A stretch of 63,913 nt of DNA, taken from positions 1 to 63,913 of the forward strand of contig CAYJWY010000001.1 of NCBI GenBank assembly GCA_964374035.1. Reading direction: 5' to 3'. Each line of letters opens with the position of its first letter. Within the stretch, counting starts at the first letter, position 1. This document shows, piece after piece, positions 1 to 7,265 of this stretch. The DNA is from an uncultured Gammaproteobacteria bacterium. GTDB lineage: Bacteria; Patescibacteriota; Patescibacteriia; UBA9934; GWF2-40-263. A program made the translations under genes and the position numbers. The notes under the pieces are model-generated. The model was not told where the DNA came from, searched no databases, and was given only the letters and a program-made list of their open reading frames with translations.

Positions 1-68
1 CTGGGGGCTGCGGGGGTTATCGGTTACGCGCCACGCTCTTTCCCCGTATCCCGACCTGACCCCACTTA
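1..68 (-). repeat. E-family 3' element (cut by the window edge)
   Basis: On the minus strand it starts right after the rsmI stop with ggggtcaggtcgg. Compare the copy at 4431..4540. Confidence 0.4.
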
Positions 69-743
69 TTATCGCTGACGTAAAACGAGGACAAATTCGC
101 CCTTGATACTAGTTGCCTTTAACTGATCTGTCACGCTCGATGCGGTGCCGCGGTAAATCGTCTCATACATCTTGGTAAGTTCGCGACCAACGACGATCGG
201 ACGATCGGGACAGCGCGCATGGATCTCGTCGAGGGTCTTCAAGATGCGGTGCGTGCTCTCGTAGAAGATGACCGTTGACTCAATTGCGGCAACGCGGTCG
301 AAGTACGTTTGTCGTCCTTTCTTGTTTGGCGGAAAGCCCAGGAAGAGAAACTCGTCGCACGGAAAGCCAGCGACGGAAAGCAGTGTGATGATCGCGGACG
401 GACCGGGAATAGGAACGATCTTCAGCGCGTCGCCGAAATGCGCGACAAGTTCTTCAATGAGCTTTCCCCCAGGGTCACTGATCGACGGCGTGCCCGCGTC
501 AGTGACCAGCGCAAGATTCTTTCCTGCCTCGATCATGTCGACCACCTTGGAGACCTTCGACGACGCCGAGTGCTGATGATACGACATCGTCTCCACATCA
601 ATCATGTACGCATCGAGCAACTTCCTCGTCACGCGCGTGTCCTCGCAGAGCACCACATCAACAGAAGCGAGCGTAGCCTTCGCTCGCTCGCTCATGTCGG
701 ACAAATGACCAATCGGTGTTGCAATAACGTATAGGGTGGACAT
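69..743 (-). CDS. rsmI: 16S rRNA C1402 2'-O-methyltransferase RsmI
   Basis: The translation LYVIATPIGHLSDMSERA...VLCEDTRVTRKLL is the typical RsmI N-terminus. The ATG at 743 is preferred over the TTG at 764 that opens the tracked ORF. Confidence 0.85.
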   Translation of the reverse strand: MSTLYVIATPIGHLSDMSERAKATLASVDVVLCEDTRVTRKLLDAYMIDVETMSYHQHSASSKVSKVVDMIEAGKNLALVTDAGTPSISDPGGKLIEELVAHFGDALKIVPIPGPSAIITLLSVAGFPCDEFLFLGFPPNKKGRQTYFDRVAAIESTVIFYESTHRILKTLDEIHARCPDRPIVVGRELTKMYETIYRGTASSVTDQLKATSIKGEFVLVLRQR

Positions 744-756
744 AGGAAGTTTGTGG

Positions 757-788
757 AGTGACAAAGTGATAAAGTGACTGAGTGACTA
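757..788. repeat. four 8-nt tandem AGTGAY repeats
   Basis: agtgacaa agtgataa agtgactg agtgacta, between the SPFH gene stop and the rsmI start. Confidence 0.75.
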
Positions 789-1526
789 GGGTTTTTGAGA
801 GATTCGATCGAACGCTCTCAGGATTTCAAGCGGCACCGCGAAGATAATCGTGTTGGATTGATCGGATGAAACGTCGTTAATCGTGTTGAGCGTTCGCAGG
901 TGTAACGCACCAGGAGACGCCGCAAGTGTTGCCGCGGCCTTGGCGATATTCTCCGCGGCCTCGACTTCACCCATCGCCGATATAACCACGGCTCTGCGCT
1001 CACGTTCCGCTTCCGCCTGTTTGCCAATCGTCCGCTTCATCTCTTCGGGCAGAGTGATGTCTTTGAGCTCGACGTTATCCACCTGAATCCCCCACGGATC
1101 CGTAAGCCTGTCAACGATATGTTTAATGCGAGCCGACGCCTCCTCACGCGCCGACAAGAGTTGATCAAGATCCATCTCTCCCACCACATTACGCATCGTT
1201 GTTTGCGCAAGTTGACTGACCGCATACGAAAAGTTCTCCACCTCAATCACTGCCTTGGCCGCGTCCTTCACCTTGTAGTAAATCACCGCGTTCACGCTGA
1301 CCGAAATGTTATCCTTGGTAATGCCTTCCTGATTAGGAACATCAACGGCCTTCACGCGAATGTCGACCTTCTGCATGTGTTCAATCACCGGCAGGATCAA
1401 ACGCCAACCCGGTTCCTTTGTATTGACATATCGACCAAGACGAAACTTCACCCCGCGTTCATACTGATTGATCTGACGAATACTGATGAGCAACACGATC
1501 ACAATTGGAATAAGAAGAAATTCCAT
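786..1526 (-). CDS. SPFH/band-7 (stomatin/prohibitin-like) membrane protein
   Basis: An N-terminal TM helix (MEFLLIPIVIVLLISI) is followed by the band-7 core QYERGVKFRLGRY...VDVPNQEGITKDN. The ATG at 1526 avoids overlap with the upstream gene. Confidence 0.85.
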   Translation of the reverse strand: MEFLLIPIVIVLLISIRQINQYERGVKFRLGRYVNTKEPGWRLILPVIEHMQKVDIRVKAVDVPNQEGITKDNISVSVNAVIYYKVKDAAKAVIEVENFSYAVSQLAQTTMRNVVGEMDLDQLLSAREEASARIKHIVDRLTDPWGIQVDNVELKDITLPEEMKRTIGKQAEAERERRAVVISAMGEVEAAENIAKAAATLAASPGALHLRTLNTINDVSSDQSNTIIFAVPLEILRAFDRISQKP

Positions 1527-1527
1527 A

Positions 1528-2601
1528 TTAACTTTTGCTGGTAACCTCCGAATTAGGATAGGTTGCGAACCACGAGAACCAATAACGCATCTCAAGCGGA
1601 ATGCGAAGAAGTTGCTCCCCTCGAAGCGCTCCCGCAAAGGCACGCCCATCTAAATTCCACCGCGTCTGGGTCTGTTTGTCAACCAAGACTTGGCCATCAA
1701 GTTCAAACGTGAGTGCTTTGTCGTTGACGTTGCGTTGAAAGCCTTTGATCGTCGATAATTGCTTGTCGTAGACCACCACCACATCGAGATCACCGAGGCG
1801 ATCGTTGATCACGCCGCGATCGACAACGGCATCTTCGAAGTACGCCTTCTGACGCGTTCCATCGTCGAACCCGTACACAATCGACTTGGGATGAAAGCGA
1901 TCATCTTTCGAACTGAGCGAAAACAAGATTGCATTGTTGCCGTGGTAGTCGCCATACGGATCGCGCGTATAATCTCGGACGACTCCGGTCTTTCTCGAAA
2001 GGACACTTCCGGTTGCGTACGCCTGCTTGTAGGCACGCCACGGCAGAATTGACGACGGATAGTGATCGAGGGTTGCGCCCTCTCGCGGACCATCAATCGC
2101 CTTGCCGCTTGATTGCAACCATCGCGTGTTCGTTTCGCGATCAAACATCACGGTATTGCTATTGTACAGATCACCGGACACACCAAACGTCATCGGCGTG
2201 GGAGCAAGAGCGCGATCGAACACGGATGTTGAATATGTGAGTGGACTGTATGTGACAAGCAAAGACCGACCCGCGAAAGTGTCGTTGACAAGCTCGTGCC
2301 ACACAAGAATTTGAAACGGATAAAAGCGATGTTTGCCGTCCACTTCCACATCAATGCCAAAACTGGCATCGTCAAGGTATTCATCTGCGGTGGCGACCGA
2401 CTCAAACTGCGGTTCGTCGATTGCGGGAATGCCGTCCCTGCCCGGACCGCCAGCGACAAGTCGATCGATGATGCTCTCAGTCGCGACCGCATCGTTGGCA
2501 GACGGAGAGCTTGAATAATAGCGATATTGGAGATAAACCGCGGCGGCGAAAACAACAAGTACTGCCAAAATCAGCGGTTTGGTGTAAGATCGAGTTGCCA
2601 T
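1528..2601 (-). CDS. DUF3179-like exported protein
   Basis: It has an N-terminal TM/signal anchor, then GRDGIPAIDEPQF, WHELVNDT and FGVSGDLYNSNTVMFDRET, as I recall for DUF3179. The usual YCPLC position reads YSPLTYS here. Confidence 0.6.
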   Translation of the reverse strand: MATRSYTKPLILAVLVVFAAAVYLQYRYYSSSPSANDAVATESIIDRLVAGGPGRDGIPAIDEPQFESVATADEYLDDASFGIDVEVDGKHRFYPFQILVWHELVNDTFAGRSLLVTYSPLTYSTSVFDRALAPTPMTFGVSGDLYNSNTVMFDRETNTRWLQSSGKAIDGPREGATLDHYPSSILPWRAYKQAYATGSVLSRKTGVVRDYTRDPYGDYHGNNAILFSLSSKDDRFHPKSIVYGFDDGTRQKAYFEDAVVDRGVINDRLGDLDVVVVYDKQLSTIKGFQRNVNDKALTFELDGQVLVDKQTQTRWNLDGRAFAGALRGEQLLRIPLEMRYWFSWFATYPNSEVTSKS

Positions 2602-2641
2602 AACGCACGTATGGTAACGAACAATTAACCGAAAGTACATT

Positions 2642-3259
2642 ATGCCATCGGCCATCGATTACGAGGCAAAACCTCTTCCCTTTAACAAAGACTTGATCGG
2701 TATTTCCAAAAATACCCTCGCGATTCATCACGACAAGCTCTACCAGGGCTATGTAAATAAGATGAAAGAGGTCGCGACGAAACTCAAGGAGATGCATGCC
2801 TCCGGCGTCGGGCTGGATACATCGAATCAAAGTTTCTCTGAACTGCGATCACTGCGTGACGCGGAGACGTTCACCGTCAACGGCGTCTATCTCCACGAGT
2901 ATTACTTCTCCGTGCTCGGTGGCGAAGGTGTGCCGAGTGGATCGCTCGTCGATGCCCTTGTAGAAAAATACGGATCAATCGAAAAATTTATCGCCTTCTT
3001 CTCCGCAACCGGCATGGCCGTTCGTGGCTGGGTGGTCCTCGCCTGGGACACACAAGTACAACGACTCAAAATCTACGGATGCGATGCGCACAACCAAGGC
3101 GGCGTCTGGGGATGCTTGCCGGTGATTGTGCTCGACGTCTATGAGCATGCGTACTTCATGGACTACGGAAGCGATCGCAAGAAATACATCGAGGACTTCT
3201 GGAAAAATTTTAACTGGGATGCGGCAGGAAAGCTGTACGAAAAGGTTTCGAAAATATAA
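2642..3259 (+). CDS. Fe/Mn-family superoxide dismutase
   Basis: AIHHDKLYQGYV at the N-terminus and the C-terminal LDVYEHAYFMDYGSDRKKYIEDFWKNFNW (D-x-x-x-H metal ligands) match the family. Confidence 0.85.
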   Translation: MPSAIDYEAKPLPFNKDLIGISKNTLAIHHDKLYQGYVNKMKEVATKLKEMHASGVGLDTSNQSFSELRSLRDAETFTVNGVYLHEYYFSVLGGEGVPSGSLVDALVEKYGSIEKFIAFFSATGMAVRGWVVLAWDTQVQRLKIYGCDAHNQGGVWGCLPVIVLDVYEHAYFMDYGSDRKKYIEDFWKNFNWDAAGKLYEKVSKI

Positions 3260-3270
3260 CCAACCCTTAC

Positions 3271-3361
3271 CCTGTGTCATCTCGAGCGAAGTCGAGAGAT
3301 CTCGAATCGTCAGAAAATGGGATCTCTCCATTCCGCCTCGCTCCAGTCGAGATGACACAGG
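3271..3361. repeat. D-family long hairpin (GTCATC...GAGAGATC subtype)
   Basis: cctgtgtcatctcgagcgaagtcgagagatc ... gatctctccattccgcctcgctccagtcgagatgacacagg. Confidence 0.85.
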
Positions 3362-3377
3362 AAAACAAAACAACTCT

Positions 3378-3899
3378 ATGATTCAAGTCGGAAAACCCGC
3401 TCCCGACTTCGCCATGAAGGCTACAACTGGCGCAGGCGAATTTAAAGACGTTTTACTCGCCGACTATCGTGGCAAGTGGCTTGTGCTGTTCTTCTATCCG
3501 CTCGACTTTACGTTTGTTTGTCCAACCGAAATTACCGCGTTCTCCACACGCTATGACGAATTCAAAACTCTGAACGCAGAAGTCCTCGGCGGCTCAACCG
3601 ACAGCGTGCACTCGCACAAAGCCTGGCTCAAGGAACTTGGCGAACTCCGTTACTGCCTCTTCTCCGACATGACCCACGCCGTTTCTCGCGACTACAACGT
3701 TCTGATCGACGACAAGGGTATGGCCCTACGCGGAACCTTCATCATCGACCCGGACGGCGTTTTGCAATACGCGCTTTACCACGCACTTGGCGTTGGACGA
3801 TCGGTGAGCGAGACACTGCGCGTGCTCAAAGCACTTCAGTCTGGCGAGCTCTGTCCGGTCGAATGGACCGAGGGTGGAAAGACGCTTGGAAAGGCGTAA
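3378..3899 (+). CDS. typical 2-Cys peroxiredoxin (AhpC/Prx1 type)
   Basis: FYPLDFTFVCPTEI holds the peroxidatic Cys and GELCPVEW holds the resolving Cys. The ATG at 3378 lies after the hairpin repeat; the longer tracked ORF reads through the repeat. Confidence 0.9.
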   Translation: MIQVGKPAPDFAMKATTGAGEFKDVLLADYRGKWLVLFFYPLDFTFVCPTEITAFSTRYDEFKTLNAEVLGGSTDSVHSHKAWLKELGELRYCLFSDMTHAVSRDYNVLIDDKGMALRGTFIIDPDGVLQYALYHALGVGRSVSETLRVLKALQSGELCPVEWTEGGKTLGKA

Positions 3900-3911
3900 T
3901 TCTCAAAACAT

Positions 3912-3935
3912 AAAACCGGCATCGCCGGCTTTTTG
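3912..3935. terminator. bidirectional hairpin between convergent prx and grx genes
   Basis: aaaa-ccggc-atc-gccgg-cttttt. Confidence 0.45.
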
Positions 3936-3936
3936 T

Positions 3937-4170
3937 TTAAGTAATCTTGAGAAGCTCTGACATCTTCTTTTTGTTAAATCCGATCAGAACATCTTCCCCC
4001 ACCACAATCACCGGCACGCCCATCTGCCCGGACTTCTGAATCATCTCCTGTGCTTTTGTTTGATCCGCGGACACATCAATCTCTGTAAACGCAATCTTGT
4101 GTTCGTCGAAAAATATTTTCGCTTGCTTACAGAATGGACACGTTGGTGTCGAGTAAATGGTTACGTTCAT
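3937..4170 (-). CDS. glutaredoxin/NrdH-like small redoxin
   Basis: MNVTIYSTPTCPFCKQAK carries a CPFC active site and the protein is 77 aa. The ATGA overlap with the upstream ferredoxin gene suggests translational coupling. Confidence 0.8.
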   Translation of the reverse strand: MNVTIYSTPTCPFCKQAKIFFDEHKIAFTEIDVSADQTKAQEMIQKSGQMGVPVIVVGEDVLIGFNKKKMSELLKIT

Positions 4171-4421
4171 AGATTGGTCATGACGCGACGGACGATCTCG
4201 TCGATGTCGGATTCTTTTACTTCGCCGAGGTAGATGTTGTCGGGCATGATCGCAACGGTCGCGCCGCCTTCGCAGTTGCCAAGACACCCCGTCTTTGACA
4301 CACGCACGCGAGGATCAACGGCGGCGATGGCGAGTTTGAGTTTATGATAAAGCTCGAGAGACATCTTCTGTGCGCAACAAGGTTTGCCGTCGAGCCTTTC
4401 GTTTGTGCAAACGAGAACGAT
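4167..4421 (-). CDS. thioredoxin-like [2Fe-2S] ferredoxin, start codon uncertain
   Basis: The tracked 65-aa ORF contains only TGCLGNCEGG. The in-frame upstream codons read K-I-V-L-V-C-T-N-E-R-L-D-G-K-P-C-C-A-Q-K, which is the first Cys pair, and are preceded directly by TAA. No ATG/GTG/TTG is available there; ATC at 4421 is the only candidate start. Confidence 0.5.
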   Translation of the reverse strand: MVLVCTNERLDGKPCCAQKMSLELYHKLKLAIAAVDPRVRVSKTGCLGNCEGGATVAIMPDNIYLGEVKESDIDEIVRRVMTNL

Positions 4422-4430
4422 TTTTTAAAA

Positions 4431-4540
4431 CTGAATGTCAGCTGGACGCATAGGCGTGGGGTCACGTCCCATCGGCAGGGGGTCTGGGCCGCCCACTGAA
4501 AAGTCGGTAGTCGGACCTGACCCCCATCTTTTGACGGACA
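4431..4540 (-). repeat. E-family 3' hairpin element
   Basis: The arms ggggtcacgtcc (4458..) and ggacctgacccc (..4525) are 11/12 complementary. On the minus strand the element starts right after the pepA stop. Confidence 0.5.
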
Positions 4541-6043
4541 TTAAAAACTTCGCAAAAATTGAATCAATGTCCTGACCGGATGTCCGGTTGCCCCCTTTTG
4601 TTCGTAAGGACTGAACGGACGCTCCGCAAACGCTGGGCCTGCGATGTCGAGGTGAATCCAAGGCATGGCCTTGTCGACAAACTCTTGCAGAAACAATCCC
4701 GCGGTGAGTGCGCCGCCGTAACGGCCGCCGCCTATATTTTTTACATCGGCTACGTCAGAAACAATGAGCGGCTGGTAGGGCTTGTACAGTGGAAGTTCCC
4801 ACATCTGCTCCCCTGCCTGAGTCGATGCGATAAGCATACGTTGTGCCAATTCTGGGTTGTTCGACATTAGTCCCGTAATCTCCTCGCCAAGGGCAACCAT
4901 GCACGCACCGGTCAATGTTGCCAGATCGATGATCATGTCTGGTTTCAACTTGCCGGCGTACGTAAGCGTATCGGCAAGTGTGACGCGACCCTCCGCATCC
5001 GTATTCAAAATCTCAATCGTCTTTCCGTTCATTGCGGTGACAACGTCGCCGGGTCGAATCGCTTTGCCCGACGGCATGTTCTCGACGGCGCCAAAAATGC
5101 CGTGCACCTCGACGTTCGGCTGCAACTCGGAAAGAACGCTAAAGAGCCCGATCACCGCGGCCGCACCGCTCATGTCGATCTTCATCGTCATCATGCCGTC
5201 GGCAGGCTTGAGCGAAAGTCCACCCGAGTCGAACGTCACCGCCTTGCCCACAAACGCGACGACTTTCTTCGCCTTCTTCTTTGGTTTGTACGTAAGATGC
5301 ACCATGAACGGATCGTGATCCGAACCTTGGTTCACCGCAAGAATACCGCCGGCTCCCATCTTCTTGAGTTGTTCCTTGTTAAAAACTTTCACGCGAACAC
5401 CCACGTGCCCTTGCACAAGTTCCTTTGCAGAGGCAACTAAATCCTTCGGCGCCATGTGGAGTGCAGGCGTGTTGACGAGATCGCGAGCGACAATGGTTCC
5501 CGCGGCACAAAGTTGCGCGAGTTCCAGAGCGGCCTGGGCTTTGCGAAGGAATCGACCGTCGTCGAGAATCAGATCGAGTGCGTCGATCGGTGATTGCTTC
5601 TGTTTCTTTTTGTAACGACCATACGTGTACTCAGCGAGTCGAAAACCCTCGACCATCGCTTGAACAGATTCAATGGGATCAAGCTTGGCCTGACTCCATC
5701 CAAACGGAACGACAAGCACGCGCTTCAATCTTAATGAGGACAGCGCGTGATACGCCTGCGCGCTCGCGCGTCGAACCATCGCAACCGTGAGTTCATCCGT
5801 TGTACCCAGACCCACAACAAGCACGCGTTTCGCCGGAATGCGACCATCCAGACGGATCAACATCGTCGCGCCTTCCTTTGCTTTGAATCGATCTTCCTTG
5901 AGCACGTGGGCCAGGTGCGCATCGACCGCATCGTTGATCCTTGTTGAAAGCTGGGGCGCTTTCTTTGCATCCATGACCGCACCGATTACAAGCAAATCAC
6001 ACGCTTCCTCCGCAATCGTTCCTTTTCGAGTCGAAATAGTCAT
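4541..6043 (-). CDS. pepA: leucyl aminopeptidase (M17)
   Basis: NTDAEGRVTLADTLTYA and GKAVTFDSGGLSLKP are M17 signatures, and the 500-aa length fits. Confidence 0.9.
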   Translation of the reverse strand: MTISTRKGTIAEEACDLLVIGAVMDAKKAPQLSTRINDAVDAHLAHVLKEDRFKAKEGATMLIRLDGRIPAKRVLVVGLGTTDELTVAMVRRASAQAYHALSSLRLKRVLVVPFGWSQAKLDPIESVQAMVEGFRLAEYTYGRYKKKQKQSPIDALDLILDDGRFLRKAQAALELAQLCAAGTIVARDLVNTPALHMAPKDLVASAKELVQGHVGVRVKVFNKEQLKKMGAGGILAVNQGSDHDPFMVHLTYKPKKKAKKVVAFVGKAVTFDSGGLSLKPADGMMTMKIDMSGAAAVIGLFSVLSELQPNVEVHGIFGAVENMPSGKAIRPGDVVTAMNGKTIEILNTDAEGRVTLADTLTYAGKLKPDMIIDLATLTGACMVALGEEITGLMSNNPELAQRMLIASTQAGEQMWELPLYKPYQPLIVSDVADVKNIGGGRYGGALTAGLFLQEFVDKAMPWIHLDIAGPAFAERPFSPYEQKGATGHPVRTLIQFLRSF

Positions 6044-6113
6044 ACAATAAAAATAAGCTTTACAATGCGTAGAGCTTACACAATTCAGTCATATTACTCA
6101 ACAATCAAAGAAC

Positions 6114-6241
6114 CAGACTGCCTGAGCCTGCTCGCCACTCGAAACGTTAGTCACCGACGCGCCAAAGCGCTATAGCGACGGCGCGCGGAGTGTGGTCGAA
6201 GGCCGCATTCCCCCTGCGAGTCCATTGTCCTGCGCTCAGGG
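6114..6241. repeat. F-family structured repeat, long form
   Basis: cctgagcctgctcgccactcg...caccgacgcgccaaagcgctatagcgacggcgcgcggagtgtggtcgaagg...ctgcgctcaggg. Confidence 0.85.
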
Positions 6242-6589
6242 TGTATTGGAAACAACCACACCTACTTGGTAGACGACCGGCATGGTCATGATCAAAAATA
6301 ATATGACGGAGGTTACGAAAAACCAAAAAATGCGATCGCGCCAGTGGGAGAGGTCACGTCCTCTCACGAGCAGAAGGGTGAGCATCCAAAAGACAAAAAA
6401 TGTTGCGATGGATAATAGATACAAACCAGAGATCGGACCAAGATCGACCTGCCGTGTGAGAAGATCAGTAATCACAGCACTGCGGTAAACGAGCACACTT
6501 GCAATCCAAGCAACCTGCATGGTGATCGATGCCGCAAAGACGGATGCGAAGGCGACCGATTCGTGAATACGATGATGAAACCATTTCAT
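6236..6589 (-). CDS. hypothetical integral membrane protein
   Basis: It has about four hydrophobic helices, a 4-nt overlap with the upstream membrane ORF, and a stop codon lying in the end of repeat F1. Confidence 0.5.
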   Translation of the reverse strand: MKWFHHRIHESVAFASVFAASITMQVAWIASVLVYRSAVITDLLTRQVDLGPISGLYLLSIATFFVFWMLTLLLVRGRDLSHWRDRIFWFFVTSVILFLIMTMPVVYQVGVVVSNTP

Positions 6590-7041
6590 AAAAGCGATTC
6601 AAAGGCAATCAAGAGGATGGCCAAAAAACTCACGCACGTTGAAATCTGAACAATGGTGCGATAGGGCTTGGAATGCGATTCTGTGATGTGTTGCTGATAC
6701 GTACACAAAATGGCGATCGACGACAGCGTCAAAAGAACCGGCAGTTGAATGAGCAACCAACGATGTGTTGAAAAACTATCCGACAATATTCTGACTGTTT
6801 CAAACGTATAAAAGGAACCACTTGCCCCGGAAAGGTCCAGTACGATCACCGCCACGAGAAGACACAAGATGATCGCGAGGTCGGCAATGAGCAAGGTGTA
6901 CGTGTTCTTACTCGAGCGCAACATAAACACAAGCGCAAGCGCAAAACCAAACAGCACAAGCAACGCACCAAATAATACAAGCCCCGAACTGGACAAGGCA
7001 ATCGAGACTACGGACGGATTGGTGAGGACGATTCCCTCCAT
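6586..7041 (-). CDS. hypothetical integral membrane protein
   Basis: Multiple TM helices and coupling to the 6236..6589 ORF. No motif was recognised. Confidence 0.5.
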   Translation of the reverse strand: MEGIVLTNPSVVSIALSSSGLVLFGALLVLFGFALALVFMLRSSKNTYTLLIADLAIILCLLVAVIVLDLSGASGSFYTFETVRILSDSFSTHRWLLIQLPVLLTLSSIAILCTYQQHITESHSKPYRTIVQISTCVSFLAILLIAFESLL

Positions 7042-7084
7042 AATGCGGCTAGTATATCACACGCCCGATTCCTTTGAACACAGC

Positions 7085-7113
7085 TTGACGCCGAAACCCA
7101 AACCTCGTATCCT
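7085..7113 (+). promoter_or_regulatory. sigma70-like -35/-10 pair upstream of the small basic ORF
   Basis: TTGACG (7085..7090), a 17-nt spacer, then TATCCT (7108..7113). Confidence 0.25.
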
Positions 7114-7141
7114 TAGGCCATTCAAGGATGATCGAAATACT

Positions 7142-7255
7142 ATGCCTGGAAAACGCAAACAAATTCGTACCGCTTGGAAGGCGGATCGCAAAGTTCAGCT
7201 CGCGAGCAATCGTCGCAAGAAAGCGATTCGCTTGAAGAAAGCCACTGCCGTATAG
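7142..7255 (+). CDS. candidate 37-aa highly basic small protein
   Basis: MPGKRKQIRTAWKADRKVQLASNRRKKAIRLKKATAV lies in an otherwise empty spacer. AAGGA sits about 10 nt upstream, and a TTGACG-17-TATCCT promoter-like pair lies at 7085..7113. Confidence 0.25.
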   Translation: MPGKRKQIRTAWKADRKVQLASNRRKKAIRLKKATAV

Positions 7256-7265
7256 GCAGATTTTC

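Noticed and set aside
4505-4526. On the minus strand, GGUCAGGUCCGA resembles the start of the SRP (4.5S) RNA domain IV motif CAGGUCAGGUCCGGAAGGAAGCAGC.
   Set aside because: The GGAA tetraloop and the GGAAGCAGC 3' half are absent, and the same seed recurs after another stop codon at 1..68. It is therefore treated as repeat family E, not as ffs.
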